From contig OZ024742.1 of the NCBI GenBank assembly GCA_964016885.1, positions 1,240,001-1,304,000 on the forward strand: DNA of 64,000 nucleotides, written 5' to 3'. Below are positions 26,986 through 43,700 of the stretch, one piece after another. Below the pieces are notes generated by a model. The model ran no database searches. It was not told where the DNA came from and saw only the letters and a program-made list of their open reading frames with translations. The position numbers were made by a program, and so were the translations under genes. Every line of letters starts with the position of its first letter. Position 1 is the first letter of the stretch. This DNA comes from Eledone cirrhosa. Taxonomy: Eukaryota.

Positions 26986-27146
26986 CATACATATATATAT
27001 ATACATACATATATATATATACATACATATATATATATACATACATATATATATATACATACATATATATATATACATACATATATATATATACATACAT
27101 ATATATATATACATACATATATATATATATACATACATATATATAT
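26665..27146. repeat. Interrupted (TA)n microsatellite
   Basis: Direct. Confidence 0.95.
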
Positions 27147-28206
27147 CATCATCATCATCATCAACGTTTAACGTCCGTGTTCCACGCTTGCATGGGTTTG
27201 GACGGGGGTAGTCCCACTTGAGGCAAGAGTGATTGTCTTGCTCGCATAGGACTGTCTGGCAGGTTTTCTACAGTTGGATGCCCTTCCTAACACCAACCAC
27301 ATTTACAGTGTGGGTCTGGGAGGTTTTTACCGTGTTGCCTACACGGCCACATTACAGCGTGGACTGTGTGTTTTTTTGTCGTGACACCTACACGATCTCA
27401 TTTGTTTCGGCCTCGATGGCGCGGCACCAACATAACTTTACATAAAACGGGGTGGTGTGGATGGGGTGGGGGCGGGGGTGGTGGGACGGGGTGTATTTTG
27501 TTAGAGATGCCTACTGGCTGGAGTAGGTTTTACTATATATTTAGGTAAGGCGGGTCTTCTCTGTTACTGAGTACCGCCAAAGGTCTCGGTCCAGTGACAT
27601 TGTCTTGGAGAGGTGTAAGTGTGTGATGTCGGAGTTTATCAGCTCGTCCCAGGTTTTCCTAGGTCTGCCTATTCCGTGACTACCGTCTATCTTTATTGCC
27701 CTGCACTTTGTTATACAGCTATCGACTTTCATGCGCATCACGTGTCCATACCAACGTAGCCTTCTCTCGAGTAAACAACATCTGATCCCTCTTATCTCTA
27801 ATTTTTTCCTTAGTTCGTTTATGCTTTGCCGTTCACGTATATTACTGTTACACATCCAGCGGAGCATGCAAGCTTCGTTCCTCTCTAGTCTGCGTATATC
27901 CTCTGCACACAATGCCCAGGTCTCACTGCCGTGCAGCATTGCTGTTCGTATGCAGGCATCGTACAACCTGCCTTTCATTTTTAGTGAGAACCCTTTAGCA
28001 GCTAATAGTGGTATAAGCTCTCTGAACTTTTTCCAACCAGTTCTGACTCTAGCTACTGTACTTTCAGAGCACCCTCCCCCACTGCTGATTTTATCGCCCA
28101 GGTAACGGAAGCTGTCCACTATTTCTATAGAACCCTCTGCGCAATTGAAAGAGCTAGTAGTTTGTGGGCACTTGCTGCTACTTATTGCACCAGAGCACCG
28201 GCCACA
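27147..28206 (-). mobile_element. 5'-truncated RTE LINE, subfamily A
   Basis: Open RT C-terminal frame ending TEKTRLT at 27541; 3' UTR; (GAT)n. Confidence 0.93.
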
Positions 28207-28266
28207 TATATACATACATATATATATATACATACATATATATATACATATATACATACATATATA

Positions 28267-28307
<41 letters not shown>

Positions 28308-28317
28308 ATATATACAT

Positions 28318-28348
<31 letters not shown>

Positions 28349-28383
28349 CATATACATACATATATATATATATATACATACAT

Positions 28384-28414
<31 letters not shown>

Positions 28415-28609
28415 CATATACATACATATATATATATATATACATACATATACATACATACATACATATACATACATATATATATATACATATGCATACA
28501 TATATATATATACACACATATATATATATACATATATATATATATACACACATATATATATATATATACACACATATATATATATACACACATATATATA
28601 TATATATCT

Positions 28610-28679
<70 letters not shown>

Positions 28680-30566
28680 GGTTTAGCGTCCGTGTTCCAC
28701 GCTTGCATGGGTTTGAACGGGGGTTTTCCCACTTGAGGCAAGAGTGGTTGTCTTGCTCGCATAGGACTGTCTGGCGGGTTTTCTACAGTTGGATGCCCTT
28801 CCTAACACCAACCACATTTACAGTGTGGGGCTGGGAGGTTTTTACCGTGTTGCCTACACGGCCACATTACAGCGTGGACTGTGTGTTTTTTTATCGTGAC
28901 ACCTACACGATCTCATTTGTTTCGGCCTGGATGTTGTGGGACCAACATAACTTTACATTGAAAGGGGCGGTGTGGATAGGGTGGAGGTGGTGGGACGGGG
29001 GGGTGTTTTGATAGAGATGCCTACTGACTGTAGTAGGTTTTTACTTTGTATTTAGGTAAGGCGGGTCTTCTCTATTACTGAGTACTGCCAAAGGTCTTGG
29101 TCCAGTGACATTGTCTTGGAGAGGTGTAAGCGTGTGAGGTCGTAATTTATCAGCTCGTCCCATGTTTTTCTGGGTCTGCCTACTCCGTGGCTACCGTCTA
29201 TCTTTATTGCCCTGCACTTTGTTATACAGCTGTCGTCTTTCATGCGCATCACGTGACCGTACCAACGTAGCCTTCTCTCGAGTAAACAACATCTGATCCC
29301 TCTTATTTCTAATTTTTTCCTTAGTTTGTTTATGCTTTGCCGTTCACGTATATTACTATTGCACATCCAGCGGAGCATGCAAGCTTCGTTCCTCTCTAGT
29401 CTGCGTATATCCTCTGCACACAATGCCCAGGTCTCACTGCCATGCAGCATTGCTGTTCGTATGCAGGCATCGTATAACCTGCCTTTCATTTTTAGGGAGA
29501 ACCCTCTAGCGGCTAATAGTGGTATAAGCTCTCTGAACTTTTTCCATCCAGTTCTGACTCTAGCTACTGTACTTTCAGAGCGCCCTCCCCCACTGCTGAT
29601 TTTGTCACCCAGGTAACGGAAGCTGTCCATTATTTCTATAGAACACTCTGCGCAGTTGAAGGAGCTAGTATTTTGTGGGCACTTGCTGCTACTTATTGCA
29701 CCAGAGCACCGGCCACATGTAAAATCTATGTTCTTAGTTAGCTTACCTGTGATCCCACTACATCTTTTATGCACCCATACTTTGCATTTGGGACATAAAA
29801 TGGAGTTTCTACCTACGCCTTTCCTACACACTGAGCATGGCCATTTCCCAGATGGGACTGCCGCCTTATTTTCTTTCCTACAAACTAGAACTTTAGTCTT
29901 AGCCAGGTTAATTTTAAGGCCTTTTGATTCTAGGCTGTGCTTCCATGTTTGGAATTTCTTCTCTAGTTCGGTCATTGATTCAGCTATGAGCGTTAGATCA
30001 TCTGCGTATAGGAGTTCCCATGGGCAGCCGGTCTTGAACTCCTCTGTTATAGCCTGAAGGGCAATAATAAATAGTAGGGGGCTAAGAACAGAGCCCTGAT
30101 GGATACCAACTTTTACACTAAACTCTTCACTATATTCGTTGTTAATTCTAACCTTACTGACTGTTTCTTTATACATGGCTTGTATAGCTCTCACAAGCCA
30201 TTCATCAACACCTAGTTTTCTAAGAGACCACCAGATAATGGAACGGGGGACTTTGTCGAAGGCTTTCTCCAAGTCGACAAAAGCTAAGTATAGGGGTTTA
30301 CTTTTAGCTAGGTACTTCTCCTGTAGTTGTCGTACAATGAAAAGAGCGTCTGTGGTACTTTTGCCTGACACAAACCCGAACTGCATTTCATCTAGATCAA
30401 TTCTCTCTCTGATTAGTTGCGCTATTACTTTTTCCGTGACCTTCATGACCTGGTCGATTAATTTAATGCCTCTATAGTTACTCCTATCTAGGGCATCTCC
30501 TTTTCCCTTATAGCAGTTAACGATGATGCTGCTACGCCAGTCCTTCGGAACAACCCCATTCTGTAC

Positions 30567-30569
<3 letters not shown>
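28610..30569 (-). mobile_element. 5'-truncated RTE LINE, subfamily A, long (GAT)n tail
   Basis: ORF 29052-30446 with QFGF, FVDLEKAFD, QGSVLSP, YADD. Confidence 0.95.
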
Positions 30570-30640
<71 letters not shown>

Positions 30641-30699
30641 GTATATATATATATATGTATATCTATATGTATATATATATACGTATATATATATGTATG

Positions 30700-30737
<38 letters not shown>

Positions 30738-30798
30738 TGTATGTATATATATATATGTATGTATATATATATATACATATATATCTACATACATATAT

Positions 30799-31092
30799 AT
30801 GTAGCAGGTGAGTTTTATTGTAGTACAATAAAGCAATGCAGATATCGAATAAGAAGCACTCTACAGTTTGTAGGACTGGAGTATACATAATGTATAAGAA
30901 CAAAAGATGGTTAAAGGAGTTCCATGTATTTTATTATGCGCATTTCAATATGTTGATTTAAAACTGAACTATCCACAAGTGTTTTTTAGCCTTCATAACA
31001 TGTCCTCCTGTTTTATGTGATGAAAACACAAATATTATTGCATGATGATATTTGTTTTTGAAATGCGCATAATAAAATACATGGAACTCCTT
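30799..31092. mobile_element. Fold-back hammerhead element, family F
   Basis: Homologous to 40258-40682 and 58275-58460; hammerhead 31010-31078 with mutated GTGATGA core. Confidence 0.75.
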
Positions 31093-31882
<790 letters not shown>

Positions 31883-33390
31883 TAGTCAGCAAGGTTAGAA
31901 TTAACAACGAATATAGTGAAGAGTTTAGCGTAAAAGTCGGCGTCCATCAGGGCTCTGTTCTCAGTCCACTACTATTTATTATTGCCCTTCAGGCCATAAC
32001 AGAGGAGTTCAAGACAGGCTGCCCATGGGAACTCCTATACGCAGACGACCTGACACTCATAGCGGAATCAATGGCCGAGCTAGAGAAGAAATTCCAAACA
32101 TGGAAGCACGGCCTAGAGTCAAAAGGACTTAAAATTAACCTGGCTAAGACCAAAGTACTAGTTTGTAGGAAAGAAAACAAGGCGGCGGTCCCTTCTGGGA
32201 AATGGTCGTGCTCGGTGTGTAGGAAAGGCGTAGGTAGAAACTCCATTTTATGTCCTAAATGCAAAGTATGGGTGCATAAAAGATGTAGTGGGATCACAGG
32301 TAGGCTAACTAAGAACATAGATTTTACATGTGGCCGGTGCTCTGGTGCAATAAGTAGCAGCAAGTGCCCACAAACTACTAGCTCTTTCAATTGCGCAGAG
32401 GGTTCTATAGAAATAGTGGACAGCTTCCGTTACCTGGGCGATAAAATCAGCAGTGGGGGAGGGTGCTCTGAAAGTACTGTAGCTAGAGTCAGAACTGGTT
32501 GGAAAAAGTTCAGAGAGCTTATACCACTATTAGCTGCTAAAGGGTTCTCACTAAAAATGAAAGGCAGGTTGTACGATGCCTGCATACGAACAGCAATGCT
32601 GCATGGCAGTGAGACCTGGGCATTGTGTGCAGAGGATATACGCAGACTAGAGAGGAACGAAGCTTGCATGCTCCGCTGGATGTGTAACAGTAATATACGT
32701 GAACGGCAAAGCATAAACGAACTAAGGAATAAATTAGAGATAAGAGGGATCAGATGTTGTTTACTCGAGAGAAGGCTACGTTGGTATGGACACGTGATGC
32801 GCATGAAAGTCGATAGCTGTATAACAAAGTGCAGGGCAATAAAGATAGACGGTAGTCACGGAATAGGCAGACCTAGAAAAACCTGGGACGAGCTGATAAA
32901 CTCCGACATCACACACTTACACCTCTCCAAGACAATGTCACTGGACCGAGACCTTTGGCGGTACTCAGTAACAGAGAAGACCCGCCTTACCTAAATATAT
33001 AGTAAAACCTACTCCAGCCAGTAGGCATCTCTAACAAAATACACCCCGTCCCACCACCCCCACCCGATCCACACCACCCCGTTCTATGTAAAGTTATGTT
33101 GGTGCCGCGCCATCGAGGCCGAAACAAATGAGATCGTGTAGGTGTCACGACAAAAAAACACACAGTCCACGCTGTAATGTGGCCGTGTAGGCAACACGGT
33201 AAAAACCTCCCAGACCCACACTGTAAATGTGGTTGGTGTTAGGAAGGGCATCCAACTGTAGAAAACCTGCCAGACAGTCCTATGCGAGCAAGACAATCAC
33301 TCTTGCCTCAAGTGGGACTACCCCCGTCCAAACCCATGCAAGCGTGGAACACGGACGTTAAACGTTGATGATGATGATGATGATGATGAT
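31883..33390 (+). mobile_element. 5'-truncated RTE LINE, subfamily A
   Basis: Open frame to 32994 including YADD; 3' UTR and (GAT)n. Confidence 0.95.
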
Positions 33391-33726
33391 ATATACATAT
33401 ATACATAAATATATATATACATATATATATATACATATATACATAAATATATATATACATATATACATATATACATAAATATATATATATACATATATAC
33501 ATAAATATATATATATACATATATACATAAATATATATATATACATAAATATATATATATACATAAATATATATATACATATATATTATGTATGCTAGGG
33601 AAAGGATCAGGGGTGTATAACACTCCACTCATCCAGCAGGCAGTATGAGGTTAGCTCAATGTCTGAGGACAGAGCCGTAATATAATAAATAACAAAGAAC
33701 GCTTATAGCATATGCATATCTTTACT

Positions 33727-33772
33727 TGCTAACATTGTTTCATCCGCACTATAAGTGGGACTCATCAGAGCA
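33727..33772 (-). ncRNA. Type-I hammerhead ribozyme motif
   Basis: tgct-CTGATGA-gtcccact-tat-agtgcggat-GAAA-caatg-TT^-agca; within AT-rich element ~33586-34687. Confidence 0.65.
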
Positions 33773-34439
33773 TAAAGGTTAATTACATACCATACAAGCA
33801 ATAACAAATCCAAGACATTGAAGAATGAAAGGTAATAATAGACGATAAGAATAAAAATAAAAATAAAAATAAAAATAAAAATAAGGGGTGCTATCAGTCA
33901 CAGTTGGGCGGGGTGCTGTCAACATATAGTTACATACAAGCATACACATGGATAAGAGAACAGACAAGAGTAGACACATGGATAAGAGAACAGACAAGAG
34001 TAGATAAGATAATGGGATTAGGTAAGAGTAGGTAAAAAATAGGTAAAAAATAGGTGAAAAACAGACTTATAATATATATAAAAAAAAAAAGACTTATAAT
34101 ATATATAAAAAGAAATACAAAGAAATACATAACAAACTTACATATAAAATATAAAATATAGGGTAAGGAATGAGATAAAATAATATAAAATTAAAAATTA
34201 AAAATTATATACATAGAACATAATATAGTATAATCGTAAAATAAGATAAAATAAGGTAAACTAAAATCAAATAACATAGACTAAATTAAAATAATATAAT
34301 ATAAGATATAATTAAATGTATAATTAAATGTAATTAAATGTAATTAAATAAATAAATAAATAAATAAATAAAAATTAAATAAATAAATAAAATTAAAATT
34401 TAAATTTTAAAATTTTAAAATTAAAATTAAAATTAAAAT

Positions 34440-34483
<44 letters not shown>

Positions 34484-34687
34484 ATGGAGTCAAGTAAGTA
34501 AATAAATAAAATTAGATAACATGAAATGAAATAAAATAAAATGAAATAAAGTAAATTGAGATAAGATATATATTTTTTTAGAATATATCTCTTGAATATA
34601 TCAGGGGCCCACGAAGGCACTAAATGTCACAGTTATGTGTATCACTTGACCAATTTTTTAAAATATATTTCTTGAAAACATCAGGGG

Positions 34688-34847
34688 ATATATATATATA
34701 TACATAAATATATATATACATATATATATATATAAATATATATATACATATATATATATATAAATATATATATACATATATATATATATAAATATATATA
34801 TACATATATATATATATAAATATATATATACATATATATATATATAA

Positions 34848-34878
<31 letters not shown>

Positions 34879-34977
34879 CATAAATATATATATATATACA
34901 TATATATATATACATAAATATATATATTCATATATATATACATATATATATACATAAATATATATATATATACATAA

Positions 34978-35012
<35 letters not shown>

Positions 35013-35109
35013 AATATATATATACATAAATATATATATACATAAATATATATATACATATATATATATACATATATATATATATACATATATATACATA
35101 TATATATAC

Positions 35110-35140
<31 letters not shown>

Positions 35141-35217
35141 CATATATATATATACATATATATATATATACATAAATATATATATATATATACATAAATA
35201 TATATATACATATATAT
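34688..35217. repeat. Interrupted (TA)n with TAAA variant
   Basis: Direct. Confidence 0.95.
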
Positions 35218-35349
35218 GGAAAGTTATATTTAAAATTGTTGGGTTACAACTAGTAAATATTTATAACTGATATAAAAGCACTCGACAAATATTTGGAGTA
35301 TGTTTACAATATTAAATAAATGGAAACTATATTTATAAAACCATATTTA

Positions 35350-35411
35350 TTTCATTATATATATTTCGGGGATATCATATTAACAATATGCTATGCCTTC
35401 CTCAGACAAAA
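35350..35411 (-). ncRNA. Probable minimal hammerhead motif
   Basis: ttttgt-CTGAGGA-(imperfect stem II)-GAAA-tatata-TA^-atgaaa; in ~265-bp insert 35218-35483 between TA tracts. Confidence 0.5.
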
Positions 35412-35487
35412 TACAATATAAACAGTTTTATAGATAAATAGATTCGACATACCGTAACAACACCGACTTGCATTTGGAGAGGTTATA

Positions 35488-35627
<140 letters not shown>

Positions 35628-35638
35628 CATATATATAC

Positions 35639-35685
<47 letters not shown>

Positions 35686-36174
35686 CATACATATATATAT
35701 ACATATATATATATATACATACATATATATATACATATATGTATTTTTAACTCTGATACTGGTTCAGTCTAGTTCAACTGAATTGGTCTGTCCCAGTCAT
35801 TCATTGAGCAACATCGGTGAAGTTGGCACCCTTAACTCACAGTTGGGTGCGGATGCATTCATGTATATATGTGTGTGTCCGCATGTATCTGTGTGTTTCT
35901 AAATATATTGTTAATAACTCCCTCTGGTCGAGCAATCTCTGAAGTGTGGGGACAACTGGAAAGCTTCCATTACTCATACTTCTCGCCTTCTTCACCACCT
36001 CTTCTACGGCCTCGATATGAATACCCCCTCCGCCTCCGTGGTATTTTCTTCGTGGTTATAAGAGGCTTAGCTCTGTTTCTCGACCGTTATATCGCGTGAC
36101 TATCTCCCCCTCCGCCTTTTGGGATTCTTTCTCACGTCGTGTAGACGCGTTCTTGAGACTAGTAAAATGAGGTA

Positions 36175-36264
36175 TCCTCTTGATAAGTCGGCAGACCTCG
36201 CAAGGACTCTATATCTTTATGATATATTGTTTTTGTTTATGCCACGAAACTACGTAGTCGAGGA
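36175..36264 (+). ncRNA. Hammerhead motif with U3-A8 variant core and long stem II
   Basis: tcctc-TTGATAA-gtcggca..tgccac-GAAA-ctacgtag-TC^-gagga; in insert ~35741-36335. Confidence 0.65.
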
Positions 36265-36335
36265 ATTTAGGAGCAGTTTAGGTATGATACATTTTATTAC
36301 TAATTATATCTAAATGTTTCTTCTCTCTTCATAAT

Positions 36336-37971
<1,636 letters not shown>

Positions 37972-38526
37972 AGACGGCAATAAAGATAGACGGTAGTCAC
38001 GGAATAGGCAGACCTAGAAAAACCTGGGACGAGCTGATAAACTCTGACATCACACACTTACACCTCTCCAAGACAATGTCACTGGACCGAGACCTTTGGC
38101 GGTACTCAGTAACAGAGAAGACCCGCCTTACCTAAATATATAGTAAAACCTACTCCAGCCAGTAGGCATCTCTAACAAAATACACCCCGTCCCACCACCA
38201 CCACCCCCACCCCATCCACACCACCCCGTTCTATGTAAAGTTATGTTGGTGCCGCGCCATCGAGGCCGAAACAAATGAGATCGTGTAGGTGTCACGACAA
38301 AAAAACACACAGTCCACGCTGTAATGTGGCCGTGTAGGCAACACGGTAAAAACCTCCCAGACCCACACTGTAAATGTGGTTGGTGTTAGGAAGGGCATCC
38401 AACTGTAGAAAACCTGCCAGACAGTCCTATGCGAGCAAGACAATCACTCTTGCCTCAAGTGGGACTACCCCCGTCCAAACCCATGCAAGCGTGGAACACG
38501 GACGTTAAACGTTGATGATGATGATG

Positions 38527-38528
<2 letters not shown>
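37972..38528 (+). mobile_element. RTE subfamily A 3' fragment
   Basis: Near-identical to 32835-33390. Confidence 0.92.
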
Positions 38529-38559
<31 letters not shown>

Positions 38560-38972
38560 CATATATATATATACATATATATATATACATATATATATAC
38601 ATATATATACATATATATATACATATATATATACATATATATATACATATATATATACATATATATATACATATATATACATATATATATATATACATAT
38701 ATATACATATATATACATATATATATATATACATATATATATACATATATATATATACATATATATATATACATATATATATATACATATATATATATAC
38801 ATATATATACATATATATATATACATATATATACATATATATATACATATATACACATATATATATACATATATATAAACATATATATACATATATATAC
38901 ATATATATATACATACATATACATATATACATATACATATATATATATACATATATATATATATACATATAC

Positions 38973-39009
<37 letters not shown>

Positions 39010-39098
39010 CATATATACATATATATACATATACATATATATACATATATATATACATATACATATATATACATATATATATATATATACATATACAT

Positions 39099-39129
<31 letters not shown>

Positions 39130-39514
39130 CATATATGTATGTACGTATACACACATACATTTAAGTAAGTGCCGTACTAGGAGTGAGAAATGAAATTTTG
39201 TTTTCATTTTATTTCAACTTATATATACATATATATACATATACATATACATACATATATATATACATATATATACATATATATATACATATATATACAT
39301 ATATATATATATACACATATATATACATATATATATACATACACATATATATACATATATATATACATATATATACACATATATATACATATATATACAC
39401 ATATATATACATATATATACATATATATATATACATATACATATATACATATACATATATATATATACATATACATATACATATATACATATACATATAC
39501 ATATATACATATAC

Positions 39515-39569
<55 letters not shown>

Positions 39570-39578
39570 CATATATAC

Positions 39579-39610
<32 letters not shown>

Positions 39611-39740
39611 ATACATATACATATATATACATATATATATATATACATATACATATATATATACATATATATACATATATATATATATACATATATATAC
39701 ATATATATACATATATATATATATATACATATATATACAT
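38529..39740. repeat. Interrupted (TA)n tract containing a ~90-bp piece (39131-39222) of the 50165-50992 element
   Basis: Direct; ...ACATTTAAGTAAGTGCC...CAACTTAT shared. Confidence 0.9.
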
Positions 39741-39791
39741 CATTAATCATCATCGTTTATACGACGTTAAACGATGATGATGATGATGATG

Positions 39792-39836
<45 letters not shown>

Positions 39837-39838
39837 GT

Positions 39839-40152
39839 ATCATCATCATCATCACCGTTTTACGTCCGTTCTTCCACGCTAGCATGGGTTAGACGGGTTG
39901 TCCTGTTGTGGGCAGTGTCTGGTCGGCTGACCATGCCTTGCTCAACAAGGAACTGATCTGGCTTGATTTCTACAGCTGGATGCCCTTCCTAACACCAACC
40001 TCATTTACAGTGAGTGCTGGGTGCTTTTTCGTGGCGCCTACACGTCCACTTTACAGTGTGGGCTGGGTGCTTTTTTGCCGTGGCACCTCCACGACCACCT
40101 TGCGGTGGGGGGAGTGGGGGCATATTGTTTATATGCTTCAGCATGTACCCAT
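39839..40152 (-). mobile_element. RTE subfamily B 3' UTR fragment
   Basis: Matches 40708-41017. Confidence 0.9.
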
Positions 40153-40194
40153 ATATATACATATATATACATATATATACATATATATAAATAC

Positions 40195-40225
<31 letters not shown>

Positions 40226-40385
40226 CATATCTATACATATATATATATACATATATATGTAGGAGGTGAGTTTTATTGTAGAACAATAAAGCAATGCAGA
40301 TATCGGATAAGAAGCACTCTACAGTTTGTAGGACTGGAGTATACATAATATATAAGATCAAAAGATGGTTAAAGGAGTTCCATGT

Positions 40386-40454
40386 ATTTTATTATGTGCA
40401 TTTCAAAAACAAACATCATCATGCAATAATATTTGTGTTTTCATCAGATAAAAC
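40386..40454 (-). ncRNA. Type-I hammerhead (mirror copy)
   Basis: gttttat-CTGATGA-long stem II-GAAA-tgcaca-TA^-ataaaat. Confidence 0.7.
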
Positions 40455-40576
40455 AGGAGAACATGATATGAAGGCTAAAAAACACTTGTGGATATTGCAG
40501 TTTTAAATCAACATATATGTTGATTTATAACTGCACTATCCACAAGTGTTTTTTAGCCTTCATATCATGTTCTCCT

Positions 40577-40645
40577 GTTTTATCTGATGAAAACACAAAT
40601 ATTATTGCATGATGATGTTTGTTTTTGAAATGCGCATAATAAAAT
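40577..40645 (+). ncRNA. Type-I hammerhead ribozyme
   Basis: gttttat-CTGATGA-aaacacaaatattatt-gcat-gatgatgtttgttttt-GAAA-tgcgca-TA^-ataaaat. Confidence 0.8.
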
Positions 40646-40707
40646 ACATGGAACTCCTTTAACCATCTTTTGATCTTATATATTTTATACATATATATAT
40701 ATATACA

Positions 40708-43700
40708 TATCATCATCATCACCGTTTTACGTCCGTTCTTCCACGCTAGCATGGGTTAGACGGGTTGTCCTGTTGTGGGCAGTGTCTGGTCGGCTGACCA
40801 TGCCTTGCTCATACAGGAACTGATCTGGCTTGATTTCTACAGCTGGATGCCCTTCCTAACACCAACCTCATTTACAGTGAGTGCTGGGTGCTTTTTCGTG
40901 GCGCCTACACGTCCACTTTACAGTGTGGGCTGGGTGCTTTTTTGCCGTGGCACCTCCACGACCACCTTGCGGTGGGGGGGGGGGCATATTGTTTATATGC
41001 TTCAGCATGTACCCATGGGAGGTCGGGTACCCTGTATTACTGTGTGACGCCAGAAGTCACGGTCGTGTGTCATTGACTTTGAGAGGTGTAGTTGGGTAAG
41101 GTCGGCTTTTATCACCTCATCCCAAGTCATCTTGGGTCTCCCCACTCCGCGGTTTCCATCAACTTCTAGTGCTCTGCACCTTTTTATGCAGCTGTCATCC
41201 TTCATACGCATCACATGTCCATACCAGCGTAACCGCCTCTCCTGCACGCAGCATTTGATTCCTCTTATGCTCAGTCTCTCTCTCAATTCCCTTATGCTTT
41301 GTCGTTCACGTATATTACTGTTACACATCCATCGGAGCATGCAGGCTTCGTTTCTCTCTAATCTACGTAAGTCTTCCACCTTCAGCGCCCAGGTCTCACT
41401 ACCATGCAACATCGCTGTTCGGATACACGCATCATACAGTCTGCCTTTCATTCTGAGGGAGAAGCCTTTTGCAGCTAGCAGTGGTAGTAGTTCCCTAAAC
41501 TTCTTCCATCCCGTTCTTACCCTAGTTATTGTACTTTCTGAGCACCCACCTCCGTTGCTAATTCGGTCACCTAGGTAGCAGAAGCTGTCTACTGTTTCTA
41601 CAGGGCCCTCCCAGAGATTGGTGGTACTTGTTTCCTGTGGCTGTTTGCTTGCTGTTTCAGCACAGCTGCTGCATGTGAATCCTACATTCTTAATTAAGCT
41701 TCCTGAGATCCCGCTACATCTCTTGTGTACCCATTGTTTGCATTTGGGGCAAAGAATGGAGTTCCTACCTACACCTTTCCTACATACTGAGCAAGGCCAT
41801 TTCCCTGAGGGGATCTGGGTTCTGTTTTCTCGTCTACTTATAAGGACCTTAGTCTTTGTCATGTTGACTTTGAGGCCCTTTCTCTCTAGTCCCTGCTTCC
41901 AGGTTTGGAATTTATTCTCTAGTTCTACCATAGATTCAGCTATGAGTGCGAGGTCATCAGCATACAGGAGTTCCCATGGGCATCCGGTCTTAAACTCCTC
42001 CGTTATTGCCTGCAGGACTATGATGAACAGGAGAGGGCTAAGAACAGAGCCCTGGTGGACCCCAACCTGTACGCTAAATTCCTCGCTATACTCATTGCCA
42101 ATCCTAACTTTGCTGACTGCTCCCCTATACATGGCTTGTACCGCTTTCACAAGCCATTCATCTACTCCTAGTTTTCTAAGAGCCCACCAGATTACTGCAC
42201 GTGGAACTCTGTCAAAGGCTTTCTCAAGGTCGACAAATGCCAAGTAGAGTGGCTTACTTTTAGCTAGGTACTTTTCCTGTAATTGCCTCACAAGGAAGAG
42301 CGCATCAGTGGTGCCTTTCCCTGGTACAAACCCAAATTGCATCTCGTCTATATTCACCCGGTCCCTAATCAGCTGTGCTATAACTCTTTCTGTTACTTTC
42401 ATGACCTGGTCCATCAACTTTATACCTCTATAGTTTCCTCTATCTAGTGCATCGCCTTTACCTTTGTAGCAGTTGACAATGATGCTACTGCACCAATCTT
42501 TTGGTATGGCCCCCTCTAGTATTACCTGGTTAACGATACGTGTGGTTATAGTGTGACCTACAGACCCAGATGCCTTCAGCATCTCGGCAGCTATACCCGA
42601 TGGACCGGTTGCCTTCCCTATCTTCATATCTCTGATTGCCTTACTTACTACGCTGCCGCTGACTTGTACTGCTGGTCCCTCTATAGGGTCTACGTGGGGT
42701 AGGGTCTCTTCTTCCCATGCATTCTCCTCATTTAGTAATCTATCATAATGACTCTTCCATGCATCTTTCTTCTCAGCACTTGTGAGGGCAAGCTCACCTT
42801 TATCATTCCGGATACACTTCTCTCCAATGACATCACAACTATCTCTGACACACTGCCTCGCAATCTTGAATACCTCCTGTTTCTGGTCCTCACGTTGTAA
42901 AACATGCTTGAATTTTCTATCCTCTGCTTCCCTCCTAGCTAAGTATACTTGTCGCCTAGCTTCCCTCTTGGTCTCTATGTAATGTACCCTGCTCCCCCCG
43001 TTCTTCCATTCTTTCCATGCCTGTCTCTTGGCCTTGACTGCTTCATCTACCTTATTGTTCCACCACCAAGTCACTCTCCTCCTGCTTGAGGTCTTACTCC
43101 AGCCACAAACCTCATCCGTCGCCTCTAGTAAGTTATTTTTTAGGAACTCCCAGTTCTCTTCTACGTTAAATGTCTCTATCTGTTCTTCTTTACTGTCGTA
43201 GGCGTTGAGTAAAATATCTTTAAATCTGTTACTGGTTGAGGGGACTTTCAGCTTCCAGATCTTTCTTCTCCAGGTTGGCCTCTGTTTCAGGGCTCGTCTA
43301 GTTCTGACCGTGAGGTCGCTGACAACTAAGCTATGTTGGGATGTACATTCCTCACTAGGGAAGGCTTTTGTGTTTACGACCGTCCATCTGTCACGTCCTC
43401 TGATGAGGATAAAATCTAACTGACTAGAGTGCTCCCCTGATCTATAGGTGATCAGGTGGTTGTCGGGTTTTTTAAAGTTTGTGTTACATATCGACATGTC
43501 ATTGGCGTCGCAGAATTCTAGAAGTCTGAATCCTTCCTCATTCCTTGTGCCAACTCCATGGCCTCCATGTACTCTATTGAAGCCGTCGCAGTGTTTACCT
43601 ACGTGTCCGTTAAAATCTCCTGCAATGATTAGGAAGTCCTTGTCGTCTGTTAGAGCAGTAGTGTGTATTAGGGACTCGTAAAACCTATCCTTAAGTTCGT

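Larger units (their letters stand above)
40258..40682. mobile_element. Fold-back hammerhead element, family F (centre 40515/40516)
   Basis: Head-to-head inverted arms, (TA)n flanks. Confidence 0.8.

Noticed and set aside
41132-43681. Plus-strand ORFs overlapping RTE
   Set aside because: Antisense shadows of the RTE ORF with no recognisable domains
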